64,000 nucleotides of DNA from Dendrobates tinctorius (Eukaryota). Position 1 is the stretch's first letter. The number at the start of each line of letters is the position of its first letter. Positions 10,129 to 23,115 of the stretch are shown here, piece by piece. The position numbers and the translations under genes are program-made. The notes under the pieces were generated by a model. It was given only the letters and a program-made list of their open reading frames with translations. It did not search any database and was not told the origin of the DNA. Where the stretch lies: positions 68,448,001 through 68,512,000 of the forward strand of contig NW_027361696.1 of NCBI RefSeq assembly GCF_039654945.1, in the 5' to 3' direction.

Positions 10129-12198
10129 TTGAATTTCCCGCTCCTCCTCCACTACAAGCCGCGCACCTCACGCTGCAGCCGCGCACCCTTCTGTGCAGAG
10201 GCACACAGCGGTCCCACATGGAGTGGTTTCCTGAATTATCTGCGGGGGGTTTATTTTATCACAGAGGGGGTTTTCACAGCGGTGTGGCGCAGGCTCACCT
10301 CTATGTATCGGCGCCACAGCCATTTCAGTTTACAGATCCAGGCGGGGGAGGAGACCGCGTCACACTTTCACTTTCTCACCTTCCCGCTCTGGACGCGCTC
10401 ATTTCCTCACTCTGGGCGCACTTTTTTCACGCCCATTCCACCCTATCACAGGACACCTTTCTATTTAGAGGCATCAATCTCCTTTATTACTGCGCCCCTC
10501 CGCTCCCATTGTCCAATCACGGCCTGGCGTCAAGCTCCGCCCACCGACTTCACTGCCAGCTTCCATCCTGCAATTTCACTTGCTTCCTCGCTGCTTGGGG
10601 GACACTTCAGGGTCCTGATGCTCGTCAGACTCCCGGTAGGCTCGGCGCTTTATGGCAAATTGGCTCTCCTCTGCAGTCCCTGTCTATTTAGTGCGGCCAT
10701 AACGAGTGACCCACCTATGCCCAACCCTTCAACGGCGCTTTCTTTCAAGCCCACTGTTACTCACTACGCCTGTGCACGCTGTAAAAAGTGGGCTTCGGGT
10801 CAGTCTTCACCCTTCTGTCCGTCCTGCATTCCTTCAGTTATGTCAGCCTCTCAGGAGCACACCAATTCCTGTGATGAGGGTACTTCCCCTCTCCCAGAGT
10901 GGGCCGTTGCTTTGTCTCAGTTGGTCTCTGATCTGTCTAAAGTGTCTCAGTCTCTGGTCCAGGTCCTAGAACGTTTGCCTCAGCTATCTACAGCCACCTG
11001 TGCAACGACCGCCTTTCAAGGTGAGTCGTCCGCACCTGACCGCGACCTTCAGAGGGACAGACCGAGTAGGATTTCTAGGAAGCGTGTTCTGTCTGGCTCA
11101 TCTTCCAGCTCGCTAGGCCCATCTGCTTCACCCAGGTGCCCTTCTCCCTCTTCAGGGGACGACATTAGGTTAGAGGACGATCCCCAATCGGGATCTAGTT
11201 CAGAAGCAGATAACATATCTAAAACTCGGAATATGGTCGATAGTCTCCTTTCAGCTATCTTCCAAATCCTAGAAATTAAGCAGGACAAGCCCCCGCCTCA
11301 GGAATGCTCTGTTCCATTTAAACGTGCAAGGTCTCCATCCCGAACCTTCCCAAACCACAAAGAGTTTGACACTACATTAACCAAACATTGGGAGCACCCT
11401 GAGCAACGCTTCTCAGGCCGCAGGTATTTAGATGTCCTGTACCCCTTTGATGTAGATTTACTCACAAAATGGACCAAAGCCCCCGAAGTGGATCCTCCTG
11501 TCTCTCGCATAGCCTCTAAGACGGTTCTATCCCTCCCAGATGGGGCATCGCTTAAGGATCCAACAGACAGGCAAATAGAATCTCTGGCGAAGTCAATTTT
11601 CGAGGCATCTGGCGCCTCCCTCTGTCCGATTTTCACGTCTGCCTGGGTGGCAAAAGTCATTTCGGCTTGGGCTAAGATCCTTCGCAGAGTCATATTAGCA
11701 GCAGCTCCTCAGGATGAGTTGGCAGATCTGGCAGATCAAATTAATCATGCGGGTAAATACCTTTTGGCTGCCTCCTTGGATGCGGCTGGGTGCATGGCAA
11801 TGGCTAACAGCAACATAGTAGTCGTACGCCGAGTCCTTTGGCTAAAGTCATGGAATGCGGATACCACCTCTAAAAAGTCTCTTACCAACCTGCCATTCCA
11901 TGGCTCTAGTCTCTTTGGAGCCAAGCTGGATCAAATAATATCCGATGCCACTGGTCGTAAAAGCACTTCTCTTCCCCAGTCTCGACGAAAACGCTTTTTT
12001 AACAGAAAGGGTTTCCGGACGTTTAGGCCCTTTCGTCCCTTTTCGTCCACAGAGAGATCTACAGAGCAAGATCGGCCTTCTGCCTCTAGGGAGCGAGAGC
12101 AGAAAAAAACATCTTACAAACCCGCTCCCCGCTGGAGATCTAGAGGACAATACCCCAGGTCTTCAGGCGCCCGTTCCGGTAGGTTTTCCTCAAAGTGA
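10129..12198 (+). CDS. DIRS ORF1 (gag-like); likely start at ATG 10717
   Basis: Long open frame with an N-terminal CxxC...CxxC, DPPVSRI / LKDPTDR / LPFHGSSLFG motifs typical of DIRS ORF1, and an Arg-rich tail. Confidence 0.85.
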   Translation: MNFPLLLHYKPRTSRCSRAPFCAEAHSGPTWSGFLNYLRGVYFITEGVFTAVWRRLTSMYRRHSHFSLQIQAGEETASHFHFLTFPLWTRSFPHSGRTFFTPIPPYHRTPFYLEASISFITAPLRSHCPITAWRQAPPTDFTASFHPAISLASSLLGGHFRVLMLVRLPVGSALYGKLALLCSPCLFSAAITSDPPMPNPSTALSFKPTVTHYACARCKKWASGQSSPFCPSCIPSVMSASQEHTNSCDEGTSPLPEWAVALSQLVSDLSKVSQSLVQVLERLPQLSTATCATTAFQGESSAPDRDLQRDRPSRISRKRVLSGSSSSSLGPSASPRCPSPSSGDDIRLEDDPQSGSSSEADNISKTRNMVDSLLSAIFQILEIKQDKPPPQECSVPFKRARSPSRTFPNHKEFDTTLTKHWEHPEQRFSGRRYLDVLYPFDVDLLTKWTKAPEVDPPVSRIASKTVLSLPDGASLKDPTDRQIESLAKSIFEASGASLCPIFTSAWVAKVISAWAKILRRVILAAAPQDELADLADQINHAGKYLLAASLDAAGCMAMANSNIVVVRRVLWLKSWNADTTSKKSLTNLPFHGSSLFGAKLDQIISDATGRKSTSLPQSRRKRFFNRKGFRTFRPFRPFSSTERSTEQDRPSASREREQKKTSYKPAPRWRSRGQYPRSSGARSGRFSSK

Positions 12199-14060
12199 CG
12201 GGTCAACCCCACCTGGAAGCTCTTCCAGGGTGGAAGGCAGACTTTCCTTTTTCGTGGACGCTTGGGTCAGGGAAATCATCGCATCCGGATACAAGATCGA
12301 ATTTGCTTCCCCGCCAAACAGACGATTTTTCCTGTCTCCAAGACAGCGGTCTCACATTCCAGGTTTCTTTCAAGCCGTCTCCTCCCTTCTCACCGCCGGA
12401 GTGATCGTTCTCGTTCCCCCAAACGAACGATTTTCAGGGTTCTAATCAAATCTTTGTAGTCCCGAAGAAAGACGGTTCCCTTCGGCCAATCCTGAATCTC
12501 AAGTTGCTCAACCGCCACGTGAAGATTCTCCACTTCAAAATGGAGTCTCTTCGGTCAGTGATAGCCTCAATGGAACCCGGAGAATTTCTCTGCTCTGTGG
12601 ACATACGGGATTCCTATCTTCACATCCCTGTTTGTTTGCAACATCAGAAATATCTTTCGTTTTGCGATTCAGGAAAATCACTACCAGTTCACGGCGCTTC
12701 CCTTCGGCCTGGCCTCCGCTCCCCGGGTTTTCACGAAGGTGATGGCGACAGTCATGGCCATCCTTCGCTCCAGGGGGATCCTTTTCATCCCTTATCTGGA
12801 CGATCTCTTGATCAAGGGCTCGTCCCGTCAAGACTGTCTTCAAAGTCTCCAGATAACCCTGGATACTCTTTGCCGCCTCGGATGGATAGTCAACAGGGAA
12901 AAGTCCATTTTGAGCCCTGCTCAGCGTCTGACCTTTCTGGGCATGGAATTCGACACGAATCTAGCCCGTGTGTTTCTTCCAAGGGAAAAATTTGCGGCTC
13001 TTTCAAAGGGAATCCGAATTCTAAAATGTCCAACGCCCATCCCCCTTCGATACTGCATGAAGGTCCTTGGGAAGATGGTAGCCTCTTTGGAAGCAGTGCC
13101 CTTCGCACAATTTCATCTTCGCCCCCTCCAGCTGGCCCTTCTTTCAGCCTGGGACAAGACCACGCGGTCTTTGTACCGCCCCATTCTCCTCCCTCTGAGT
13201 GAGGCAATCCCTGACTTGGTGGTCAATGCCCGAGTCAATCCTTCAAGGGAGGTCTCTTCTGCTTCAGTGGCAAGTCATCACCACCGATGCCAGCCTTCTA
13301 AGATGGGGAGCGGTGTTCCATCAGAAAACGGCCCAAGGACGCTGGAACCCACAGGAGGCTCTTCTCCCTATCAATCTTCTAGAGATCAGAGCAATCTTCC
13401 TGGCCCTTCTTCATTGGCAGCCTCTCCTCGTCGGCAAGCCAGTCCGCATTCAGTCGGACAATGCCGTGGCATACATAAACCACCAGGGGGGCACATGCAG
13501 CAAGCAAGTAATGGCAGAAGTGGCCAAGACACTGTGCTGGGCGGAACGTTACGTTCCGGTAATCGCCACCGTTCACATTCCAGGAGTGGAAAATTGGGCA
13601 GCCGACTTTGAGTGGTCAAGGCCTAGCATCAGGCAAATGGGCTCTCCATCCCACAGTCTTCGATCAGATATGACAGCGCTGGGGCTTACCGGATGTCGAT
13701 CTCATGGCATCGCGGATGAACCACAAAGTTCCACGATTCGTAGCCAGGTCCAGGGACCCTCTAGCCGTCGCTTGCGACGCCCTAGTAATTCCGTGGGCCC
13801 AGTTTCATCTTCCTTACCTGTTTCCGCCTCTTGCCTTGATCCCACGAGTGGTCAAAAAGATAAAATCGGAAGGCGTACCAGCGATTCTAGTGGCTCCAGA
13901 CTGGCCAAGGCGACCTTGGTACGCGGAGCTGGTGAACATGCTCGTGGACGTCCCCTGGAGGCTTCCAGACCATCCAGATCTTCTCTCGCAAGGCCCCCTT
14001 TACCACGAGAATTCTCAGTCTCTGAGTTTAACGGCATGGCTATTGAGGCCACGATCCTGA
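12195..14060 (+). pseudogene. DIRS RT-RNase H-methyltransferase, several frameshifts
   Basis: FKMESLRSV, YLDD, TTDAS, SDN, HIPGVENWAAD and YLFPP/PDWPRRPW spread across different frames. Confidence 0.88.
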
Positions 14061-15076
14061 GAGAATCAGGCTTGTCCAACCAGGTGATTCAGACTATGAT
14101 CAGAGCCAGAAAACCGGCCTCTTCCCGCATTTGCCATAGGTACTGTGGAAGGCTTTTTCGTTGGTGCGACGATAAAAAAGTGTTTCCGATGTCTTTTTCC
14201 ATTCCATCCATTCTTGGTTTTCTTCAGTCCGGCTTAGATGCGGGTCTGTCCCTCAGTACCCTCAAGGGCCAGGTCTCCGCTCTGTCGATCATTTTCCAAA
14301 GAGAGCTCGCTTCCTTATCGCAGGTTAAGACCTTTCTCCAAGGGGTCGCCCATGTGGCTCTGCCTCATCATTCGCCAATAGATCCGTGGGATCTTAATCT
14401 CGTCCTTAGCGCTCTCCAAAAGGTGCCGTTCGAGCCTATCCAGGACATTCCTTTATCCCTTCTCTCATGGAAGGTAACCTTTTTGATTGCCATTACATCT
14501 ATCAGAAGAGTTCCTGAGTTGGCGGCCTTGTCATGTCGTTCCCCTTACATGGTTCTCAATCAGGATAAGGTCGTCCTCAGGCCCGTTCCTTCTTTTCTTC
14601 CAAAGGTGGTCCATATTAATGAGGATATCGTTCTCCCATCTTTTTGTCCTGCTCCTTCTCACCCTCTTGAGAAGTCCCTCCACAAACTGGATGTAGTCAG
14701 AGCCTTGCGTGTCTATCTCGCCAGGACCGCTTCACTTCGTCAATCCGATTCCTTGCTGGTTATCTCTGAAGGTCGCCGGAAAGGGCTTCCGGCGTCCAAA
14801 TCCATGATCGCTCGCTGGATTCGTTCTACCATTCTGGAAGCGTACCGACTTCAGGAAAAACGGCCCCCTCCGGGAGTGACAGCTCACTCCACCCGGGCTG
14901 TGGCAGCTTCGTGGGCCGCTCGTCACCAGGCTTCGGCTTTACAAATTTGCAGGGCCGCGACCTGGTCGTCCTTACACACTTTTGCGAGGTTCTACAGGGT
15001 TCATACCCAGGCCGTGTCTGATGCAGTTGTTGATAGGAAGGTTCTGCAGGCGGCGGTGGCACACCGACAGACCTAA
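14036..15076 (+). CDS. DIRS tyrosine recombinase
   Basis: C-terminal part of ORF 13199-15076: SIRR, HSTR and TFARFY catalytic motifs. Confidence 0.9.
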   Translation: MAIEATILRESGLSNQVIQTMIRARKPASSRICHRYCGRLFRWCDDKKVFPMSFSIPSILGFLQSGLDAGLSLSTLKGQVSALSIIFQRELASLSQVKTFLQGVAHVALPHHSPIDPWDLNLVLSALQKVPFEPIQDIPLSLLSWKVTFLIAITSIRRVPELAALSCRSPYMVLNQDKVVLRPVPSFLPKVVHINEDIVLPSFCPAPSHPLEKSLHKLDVVRALRVYLARTASLRQSDSLLVISEGRRKGLPASKSMIARWIRSTILEAYRLQEKRPPPGVTAHSTRAVAASWAARHQASALQICRAATWSSLHTFARFYRVHTQAVSDAVVDRKVLQAAVAHRQT

Positions 15077-16758
15077 GCCCTTCCTGTTCTTTCGTTCCTT
15101 ATTGCTGTTCCCACCCTTGGGATTGCTTTGAAACGTCCCATGGTAATCTGTGTCCCCCAATAAGGCGATAAAGAAAGATGGCTTTTTGGTTCTTACCGTA
15201 AAATCTTTCTTGGAGCCTTCATTGGGGGACACAGCACCCTCCCTGTTTAAGTTGTACCGTGTTGGGCTTTGAGCTCCTTGTTGGGTTGGTACATATGTTT
15301 AAAGTTACGTGGCTTCTCCTACTGCTTTCTCACCAACTGAGGTACTTGGTATCTGTCGGTGGGTGTATACTGCCGGGGAGGAGCCAATTTTCTTGTTTTT
15401 GCATAGTGTCAGCCTCCTAGCAGCAGCAGCATACACCCATGGTAATCTGTGTCCCCCAATGGAGGTTCCAAGAAAAAGATTTACGGTAAGAACCAAAAAT
15501 CCATCTTTTATAGGTGTATGCACTACCAAGATATGCACATAGCACTTTGTCAATATAGTGTCATGTTTACTGCTCTTTGAGCTACCTTCCAAGCGAGCTT
15601 TGGTGCAATTACTTGTGTACTAGCTGCACATTCAATGCAAATATTGTTTTGTACATTAACCCTGAACTACTTTTATGACATTTGTCACTTTATTATTGGG
15701 GCATATACCTCATTAGAGGTTGGATTCTACTTATATACCCCCCTTCTTTGTAGGAGCTTTGGGTTTGCCACATGACATATATGTTTTTGTACTTATAGGT
15801 ATATATATTATATTATGCATATATGTAATTTTAGCCCATTTGATGTAAACTTGAGCATACATACCTGGTGTTATCACACTTGTTTGTCTCTTCTCTTTTT
15901 GTCGTCATTTTATTATGAGCATTAATAAAATTAATTGCACTCATGTCTATTGATATGCGCCTTTTTTCTTCCGGTTTTGTTGATTTGCTTAGATGAGGCA
16001 GTCAGTAGCCTGGGTTTCCATGGGGGGGCTCTGCCTGTGTGCCCAAGCCTGTCTAATATAATGCAGATCCCAGGTGTATGTCATTCAAATCAATGTCACG
16101 CATGTGTGATGAGACTCGGCACATTCAACACGATGCTTCCGGCTTCCCGTGTGATGCGGTGGCTGAGGGAAATCCCTCATGACGTCAGTGACCAGCACGC
16201 ATCACGTTCTTGGCGCCATCGGCATCGCGGTGCATACCGTCGTGTCACAGACATGCGCAGATCGTAGGACCTCACCTTGGATACCGAGATGCGTATCCTA
16301 ACCTCTTCCAGTACCCGGTTAGTTTAAACCCCTTACAACCCCCTCCGGCTATCCGATCTAATATGTTGGGACCCCGATCTTTCCCATACTTATTAATTCC
16401 CCATAAGAGTGTTTATTTTTGGGACATAATACCCCTCATCCAAACATGACAATAAAAAACAAAGTGTAAAGATCCGTTTCAATATATACATAGTGAAAAA
16501 CAGTGAAAACCTATATATCATATATCAAGGTTCAAGGTGCCACCTGCATAAAAAATCATCTGAGTTCATACAATACATAACTCAGTAAAATACATAAAAA
16601 ATGAAAAGAAAAAACCCATAAGGGAAAAAGACAAGTGATATATTGCAAATATTTAGATATAAAAAGCAACGTATTGAGTGAAACATTCCCCTCATATAAA
16701 GAACACATTAATATAGTGTACAGGTGAAAAATAAAATATACACGATAGAGAACATTAT

Positions 16759-19279
16759 TGGAGTACAGAATAGATGTACTAAAGACGTCTCACAGAGAGA
16801 ATCCTCTCAATAGCCAGGAATTAGGTTGGAACATCCAGGACTCGTACAAGACTTACTAGAATCATTTCATAAGACCACCTCATCCCTGTAGTCCATTTAG
16901 TTGGATGTAAAATCCATTGATTAAGAGCAGGTACAAACATCATACAAAACTGGGATCATAATTGGTGCTAAAATAAAAGACACACAAACATTAAGATAAT
17001 TAAATAGAATAATAAAATAAATCCCGTTCAGTTTCCTCGATATCCTCGGCTGAGGACAAGACACATGGCCCTGACAGTTCCAGACCAACATGGGATAGAA
17101 GGAAACATTCAAAGGACAACTGGCACAAGGTGGTACGTTTCAATAACAAACGAAAGATGACATCATCACCCCAAAGGGATAAGAAAGCCAAAACTAATCT
17201 ATTAGAGGTAATTTATTTATCCTCAAAAGTAATTACTGAATCTCAAAGAGAGGCTTTGAGCCTCTGTTTATCATTTGACTATTTCACAGAATTGAAAGAT
17301 TTGAATCTTTTCTCGCGTAAGTTGATTTTGAAGAAGCTTCACTCAAACTCTAATTCCAACACTGGGATGAATAGCGCAGCCGAAAGGGAAGCCATTGAGC
17401 TTCTGGAGGAACAGGAGAGGGGAATCCCATCCAGAGGCATCAGGTACCTTATCCACCACCGAATTTGACAAGATCCACCACTCTTTCCCCACTGTCATGG
17501 TAGAAATTTTTACCAAACTGTTGTCTGAAGAATTCAAACAAATTAATAATGTTAGTATAAAAAGAATCATACTAACTCACAGCGTCAGGCTGTGGAGGAA
17601 TTAAAATCGATGGAGGGGGTTGTGATAAAACCAGCTGATAAGGGGGGGAATGTGGTAATTTGGTCGATGGAGAAGTATGAGAAGGAAGCCTTTAAGCAGC
17701 TACTCAATAAAGATACTTGCACACCTCTTCCCCAGAATCTTACATCAGCATTTGGGGAAAAACTTAATAATATTCTGGAAATTATTCCAAGAAAAACAGC
17801 GGAGGGCCTTTTGTCTAAACATCCTGTTTACCCACGTTCTACCTCCTCCCCAAGGTCCACAAGGCATCCTATTGTCTCTCGAATAGGAGGGCTATGTGAT
17901 CCTGTGTACATTTTTGGAATACTATCTACGTCCACAGGTTGAGACGCTGCCCTCCTGTGTTAGGGACACTACGGACATCCTCAAACGCCTTGATGGTTTG
18001 CACCTGGATGCAGATATGCTTCTCGTTGTAGCAGACATTGAGGCATTATACACAAGAATTTCTCATGAGGATGGATTGGAAGCAGATTGTTTCTTTCTGG
18101 AATCCAGCAATCTTGATGCTGTCATCAGGGATCTCGTGTTGGAGCTGTTGCAGTTCATCCTATCACATAATTACATTACATTCAATGATCGGTTCTTTTT
18201 GCAGAGACGAGGGTACAGCAATGGGAGCGGTGTGTGCGCCATCATATGCAAATCTATTTTTGGGGTAGTGGGAGAGAGGGACGCACATGCCGCCACCCAG
18301 ATCCTTGGATTGAACAGATATATAGATAATAATCTCTTTATCTGCCATGGTATGACCAGTGATCTATCGGATTTTATGTCGGGATTGACCTGCAACGGCT
18401 TCAGCATTAGACTTGCCTATACTTACCACCCTAGGGAGTTTCCTTTTTTGGACATCATGCTTCAGGTCCAGGAAAATGGGTTTATCTATACAGATATATT
18501 CTGGAAGAAAACTGCATCCAATACGTTAGTTACCTTAGGTCTTTTAGAAAGACCTCTTGGTGAATAGTTATGTAGAAAAACCCCACCAACCCATTTAGTA
18601 TTGAAAACCAGAGACCGGGATGTTAAATCCGCGAATATATAACCTGCAATACTACAAATGGTATATATTATGCAAAATGTACGTGTAACTTGATATTTGT
18701 AGGCCTTACCACTTACGAAATGCGAGTGAGGATGAGAGAACACATACGGGATATTGTAGCCAGCGAGAGACGTGGACTATGTGAGCTGCCTAAAGACTAG
18801 GCATTTCAGGAGACACCACAATTGTAACACCAGTGAATTAAAAATATATGGTATTGATAGGATCAAGATGGGTATTAGAGGAGGGTATAGCCAACGGCTA
18901 TTGGCACAAAGAGAATGTAGGTGGATCAAGGTTCTGGAAACCATGGCACCGGCGGGTCAGAATGAGCACCTTAGTTTTGTTGCTTTCCTTTAAGTTGGTG
19001 TGTTCTGGATTTATTTATTTTATTCCATTTAATTATCTTAAGGTTTGTGTGTCTTTTTTATTTTAGCGCTAATTTTAATTGATCCCAGTTTTGTATGTTG
19101 TTGTACCTGCTCTTCGTCAATGGATCTTACATCCAACTATATGGACTACAGGGATGAGGTGGTCCATATGAAATAATTCCAGTAAGTCCCCTACGATTCC
19201 TGGATGTTCCAACCTAATTCCTGGCTATTGAGAGGATTCTCTCTGTGGGATGTCTTTAGCACTTCTACTCTGTACTCCA
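16759..19279 (+). mobile_element. Penelope-like retroelement (decayed RT and GIY-YIG) with inverted repeats
   Basis: KPADKGG, GTAMGAVCAPSYANLF, RYIDN and a GIY-YIG-like C-terminus (RECRWIKVLETMAPAGQNE). 16759-17024 is an inverted copy of 19007-19279. Confidence 0.88.
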
Positions 19280-19280
19280 T

Positions 19281-20713
19281 TTAGCAAATTTATTAAAGAA
19301 AAGCTGAAATATCACATGGTCATAAGTATTCAGACCCTTTCATCAGACACATATTTAAGTCACATGCTGTCCATTTCCTTGTGATCCTCCTTGAGATGGT
19401 TCTGCTCCTTCATTGGAGTCCAGCTGTGTTTAGTTAAACTGATAGGACTTGATTTGTAAAGGCACACACCTGTCTATATAAGACCTCACAGGGCATGTCA
19501 GACCAAATGAGAATCATGAGATCAAAGGAATTGTGGCAAGGGACAGATCTGGCCAAGGTTACAAAAGAATTTCTGCAGTACTCAAGGTTCCTAAGAGCAC
19601 AGTGGCCTCCATAATCCTTAAATGGAAGAAGTTTGGGACCACCAGAAGTCTTTCTACATTAGACCTGGCCATCCAGCCAAACTGAGCAATCATGGTAGAA
19701 GAGCCTTGGTGAGAGGGGTAAAGAAGAACCCCAAGATCACTGTGGCTGAGCTCCACAGATGCAGTCGGTAGATGGGAGAAAGTTGACTTTGTGAAACGAT
19801 CACTGCAGCCCTACACCAGTGGTGCCTTTATGGCAGAGTGGCCTCTCCTCAGTGCCAGACATATGAAAGCCCGATTAGAGTTTGCTAAAAAAAAACATAT
19901 GATGGACTCCCAGACAATGAGAAATAAAATTCTGTTGTCTGATGAGACGAAGATAGAACTTTTTGGTGATAATTCTAAGCGGTATGTGTGGAGAAAACCA
20001 GGCACTGCTCATCACCTGCCCAATACAATCCCAACAGTGAAACCTGGTGGAGGTGTCATGATGGTATGGGGGTGTTTTTCAGATGCAGGGACAGGACGAC
20101 TGGTTGCAATTGAACGAAACATGAATGCGGCCAAGTACAGAGATCCTGGATGAAAACCTCTTCCAGAGTGCTCTGGACCTCAGACTTGGCCAAAGGTTCA
20201 CCTTCCAACAAGACAATGACCATAAGCACACAGCTAAAATAACAAAGGCGTGGCTTCAGAACAACTCTGTGACCATTCTTGACTGACCCCTGACTTAAAC
20301 CCCATTGAGCACCTCTGGAGAGACCTGAAAATGGCTGTCCACCGACTTTCACCATCCAACCTGACGGAACTGGAGAGGATCTGCAAGGAAGAATGGCAGA
20401 GGATCCCCAAATCCACGTGTGAAAAACTTGTTGCATCATTCCCAAGAAGACTCATGGCTGTACTAGCTCAAAAGGATGCTTCTACTCGGTACTGAGCAAA
20501 TGGTCTGACTTACTTATGACCATGTGATATTTCAGTTTTTTTTTCTTTAATAAATTTGCAAAAATTTCTACATTTTTTTTTTTTCCAGTCAAGATGGGGT
20601 GCAGAGTGTACATTAATGAGCGGAAAAAAATAAACTTTTTTGAATTTACCAAAAGGCTGCAATGAAACAGAGTGAAAAATGTAAAGGGGTCTGAATACTT
20701 ATTGTACCCACTG
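19281..20713 (+). mobile_element. Tc1-family DNA transposon, decayed, left end truncated
   Basis: [30 protein letters not shown] and LNPIEHLW remnants; right TIR ends ...CACTG-TA. Confidence 0.9.
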
Positions 20714-20719
20714 TATAGA

Positions 20720-22237
20720 TAGTGAAGGAAATAAGTATTTGATCCCGTGCTGATTTTGTAAGTTTGCCCACTGACAAAGACATGAACAGTCTATAATTTT
20801 AAGGGTAGGTTAATTTTAGCATTGAGAGAGAGAATATCAACAATAAAATCAAGAAAATCACATTGTATAAAATATATAAATTGATTTGCATTTTGCAGAG
20901 AGAAATGAGTATTTGATCCCTCTGGCAAACAAGACTTAATACTTGGTGGCAAAACCCTTGTTGGCAAGCGCCGCAGTCAGATGTTTTTTGTAGTTGATGA
21001 TGAGTTTTGTGCACATGTCAGGAAGAATTTTGGTCCACTCCTCTTTGCAGATCATCTCTAAATCATTAAGATTTTGAGGTTGTTGCTTGGCAACTCGGAG
21101 CTTCAACTCCCTCCATAAGTTTTCTATGGGATTAATGTCTGGAGACTGGCTAGGCCACTCCATGACCTTAATGTGTTTGTTTCTGAGCCACTTCTTTGTT
21201 GCCTTGGCTGTATGTTTTGGGTCATTGTATTGCTGGAAGACCCAGCCATGACACATTTTTAATGTCCTGGCGGAGAGAAGGCGGTTGTCACTCAGGATTT
21301 TACGGTACATCCCTACATCCATTCTCCCATTGATGCGGTAAAGTAGTCCTGTGCCCTTAACCGAGAAACAGCCCCAAAACATAATGTTTCCACCTCCATG
21401 CTTGACAGGTGGGACGGTGTTCTTTGATAGGCAGCATTTCTCTTCCTCCAAACACGGAGAGTTGAGTTAATGCCAAAGACGTCAATTTTTGTCTCCTCTG
21501 ACTACAGCACCTTCTCCCAATCACTCACAGAATCATCCAGGTGTTCATTGGCAGACTTCAGACGGGCCTGCACATGTGCCTTCTTGAGCAGGGGGACCTT
21601 GCGGGCACTGCAGGATTTTAAACCTTTATGGTGTAATGTGTTACCAATGATTTTCTTAGTGACTGTGGTCCCAGCTGCCTTAGCAAGCTCACCCTGTATA
21701 GTTTTAGGCTGACCCCCTCTCCCCTTCCTCATGATCAAGGATACCCCACAAGGTGAGATTTTGCATGGTTCCCCAGATCGATGTCGATTGACAGTCATTG
21801 TGTATTTCTCCCATTTTCTTACTATTGTACCAACAGTTGTCTCCTCACCCAGCACCTTACATATGGTTTTGTAGCCCATTCCAGCTTTGTGCAGGTCTAT
21901 GATCTTGTCCTGACATCCTTATAAAGTTCTTTGGTCTTGCCTATGTTGTAGATGTTAGTCTGACTGAGTCTGTGGACAGGAGTCTTTTATAAAGGTGACT
22001 GTTAGACAGCTGTCTTTAATGCAGGTAACAAGTCTCTAACTGGTCTGTAGGAGCCAGAACTCTTAATGGTTGGTAGGGGATAAAATACCTACTTGTCACT
22101 GCAAAATGCAAATTTATACAATTCTGGATTTTATGTTTGATATTCTATCTCTCAATATTAAAATTAACCTACCCTTAAAATTATAGACTGTTAACTTTCA
22201 AAATCAGCAAGGGTTCAAATAATTATTTCCTTCACTA
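20720..22237 (-). mobile_element. Tc1-family DNA transposon, decayed
   Basis: TIRs TAGTGAAGGAAATAA / TTATTTCCTTCACTA; [34 protein letters not shown]. Confidence 0.92.
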
Positions 22238-22272
22238 TAAATATATATACTGTGTGTGTGTGTATATATTAT

Positions 22273-22660
22273 AACCACCCTACCCGTGCCCTCCGTTCTG
22301 CTGATGACCTGAGGTTAGCTTCCACAATAATCAGAACCTCTCACTCCCGTCTCCAAGACTATACACGTGCTGCGCCAATTCTTTGGAATGCACTTCCCAG
22401 GTCAATACAATCACTCCAATATCCCTACAATTTTAAGCGTGCCCTGAAAATGCACTTATTCAGATTGGCCTACCACCTCAACACATTAACCTAACTATCC
22501 CTGTGTGGCACAGTCAAAAGTTTTACCATAACCAGGTTCCCCGTATCATGTTCCCACATGCTTTATGCGTCTATCAGCCCTCTGTGTCTGTACTATTACA
22601 CACTTAACATTATGGCTTATCCAAAACAATCAGGGCAATTATCACCCACCTTTCGTATCT
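22273..22660 (+). mobile_element. L2 LINE 3' fragment
   Basis: Closely similar to ~59118-59510 ([14 protein letters not shown]...HLFRLAY and 3' UTR). Confidence 0.85.
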
Positions 22661-23115
22661 ATTAGGCATAATCCTTTAGGCATACTCTTTTTCGTGTGCT
22701 TCATACATTAGGAACCTGACTACACATAGTTTGTAGTCTGTTACCATGGAGACCTGAAGATTCTAAATAAATACAAATGTAGATAGATACATTCTTAACT
22801 GAGACCCATTGCAATTCACTTTAAATGAAAGCTATGTTTACGAACGTGAACATAAATATTTTACTCTGCCCGCATTTGGAGAATGATCATCAAAGGCCAA
22901 CGCAATCTAATAGGGGTTCCTTTATAAAAAAAAAAAAAAGTGTGAAAAGGATATAAATCATGATGGTGGTGCTAAAGGAATTAAGCTTGAACCAAATTAA
23001 TGTGGACAGAAGTATACATAGGCCACTAAGCAATTTCTTTAAAATTGCTGCACCTCCCGATGCCACTGCAGCCCATCAATGCATAGCTGATCTCCTCAGC
23101 ATTGAGGCCACTTAC

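Larger units (their letters stand above)
9491..15509 (+). mobile_element. DIRS1-type tyrosine-recombinase retrotransposon, full length
   Basis: Left ITR ~9491-9631 inverted to right ITR ~15335-15460 with a right extension; internal complementary region 15137-15234 matches both termini; TTT ends; overlapping gag, RT/RH/MT and YR ORFs. Confidence 0.95.
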
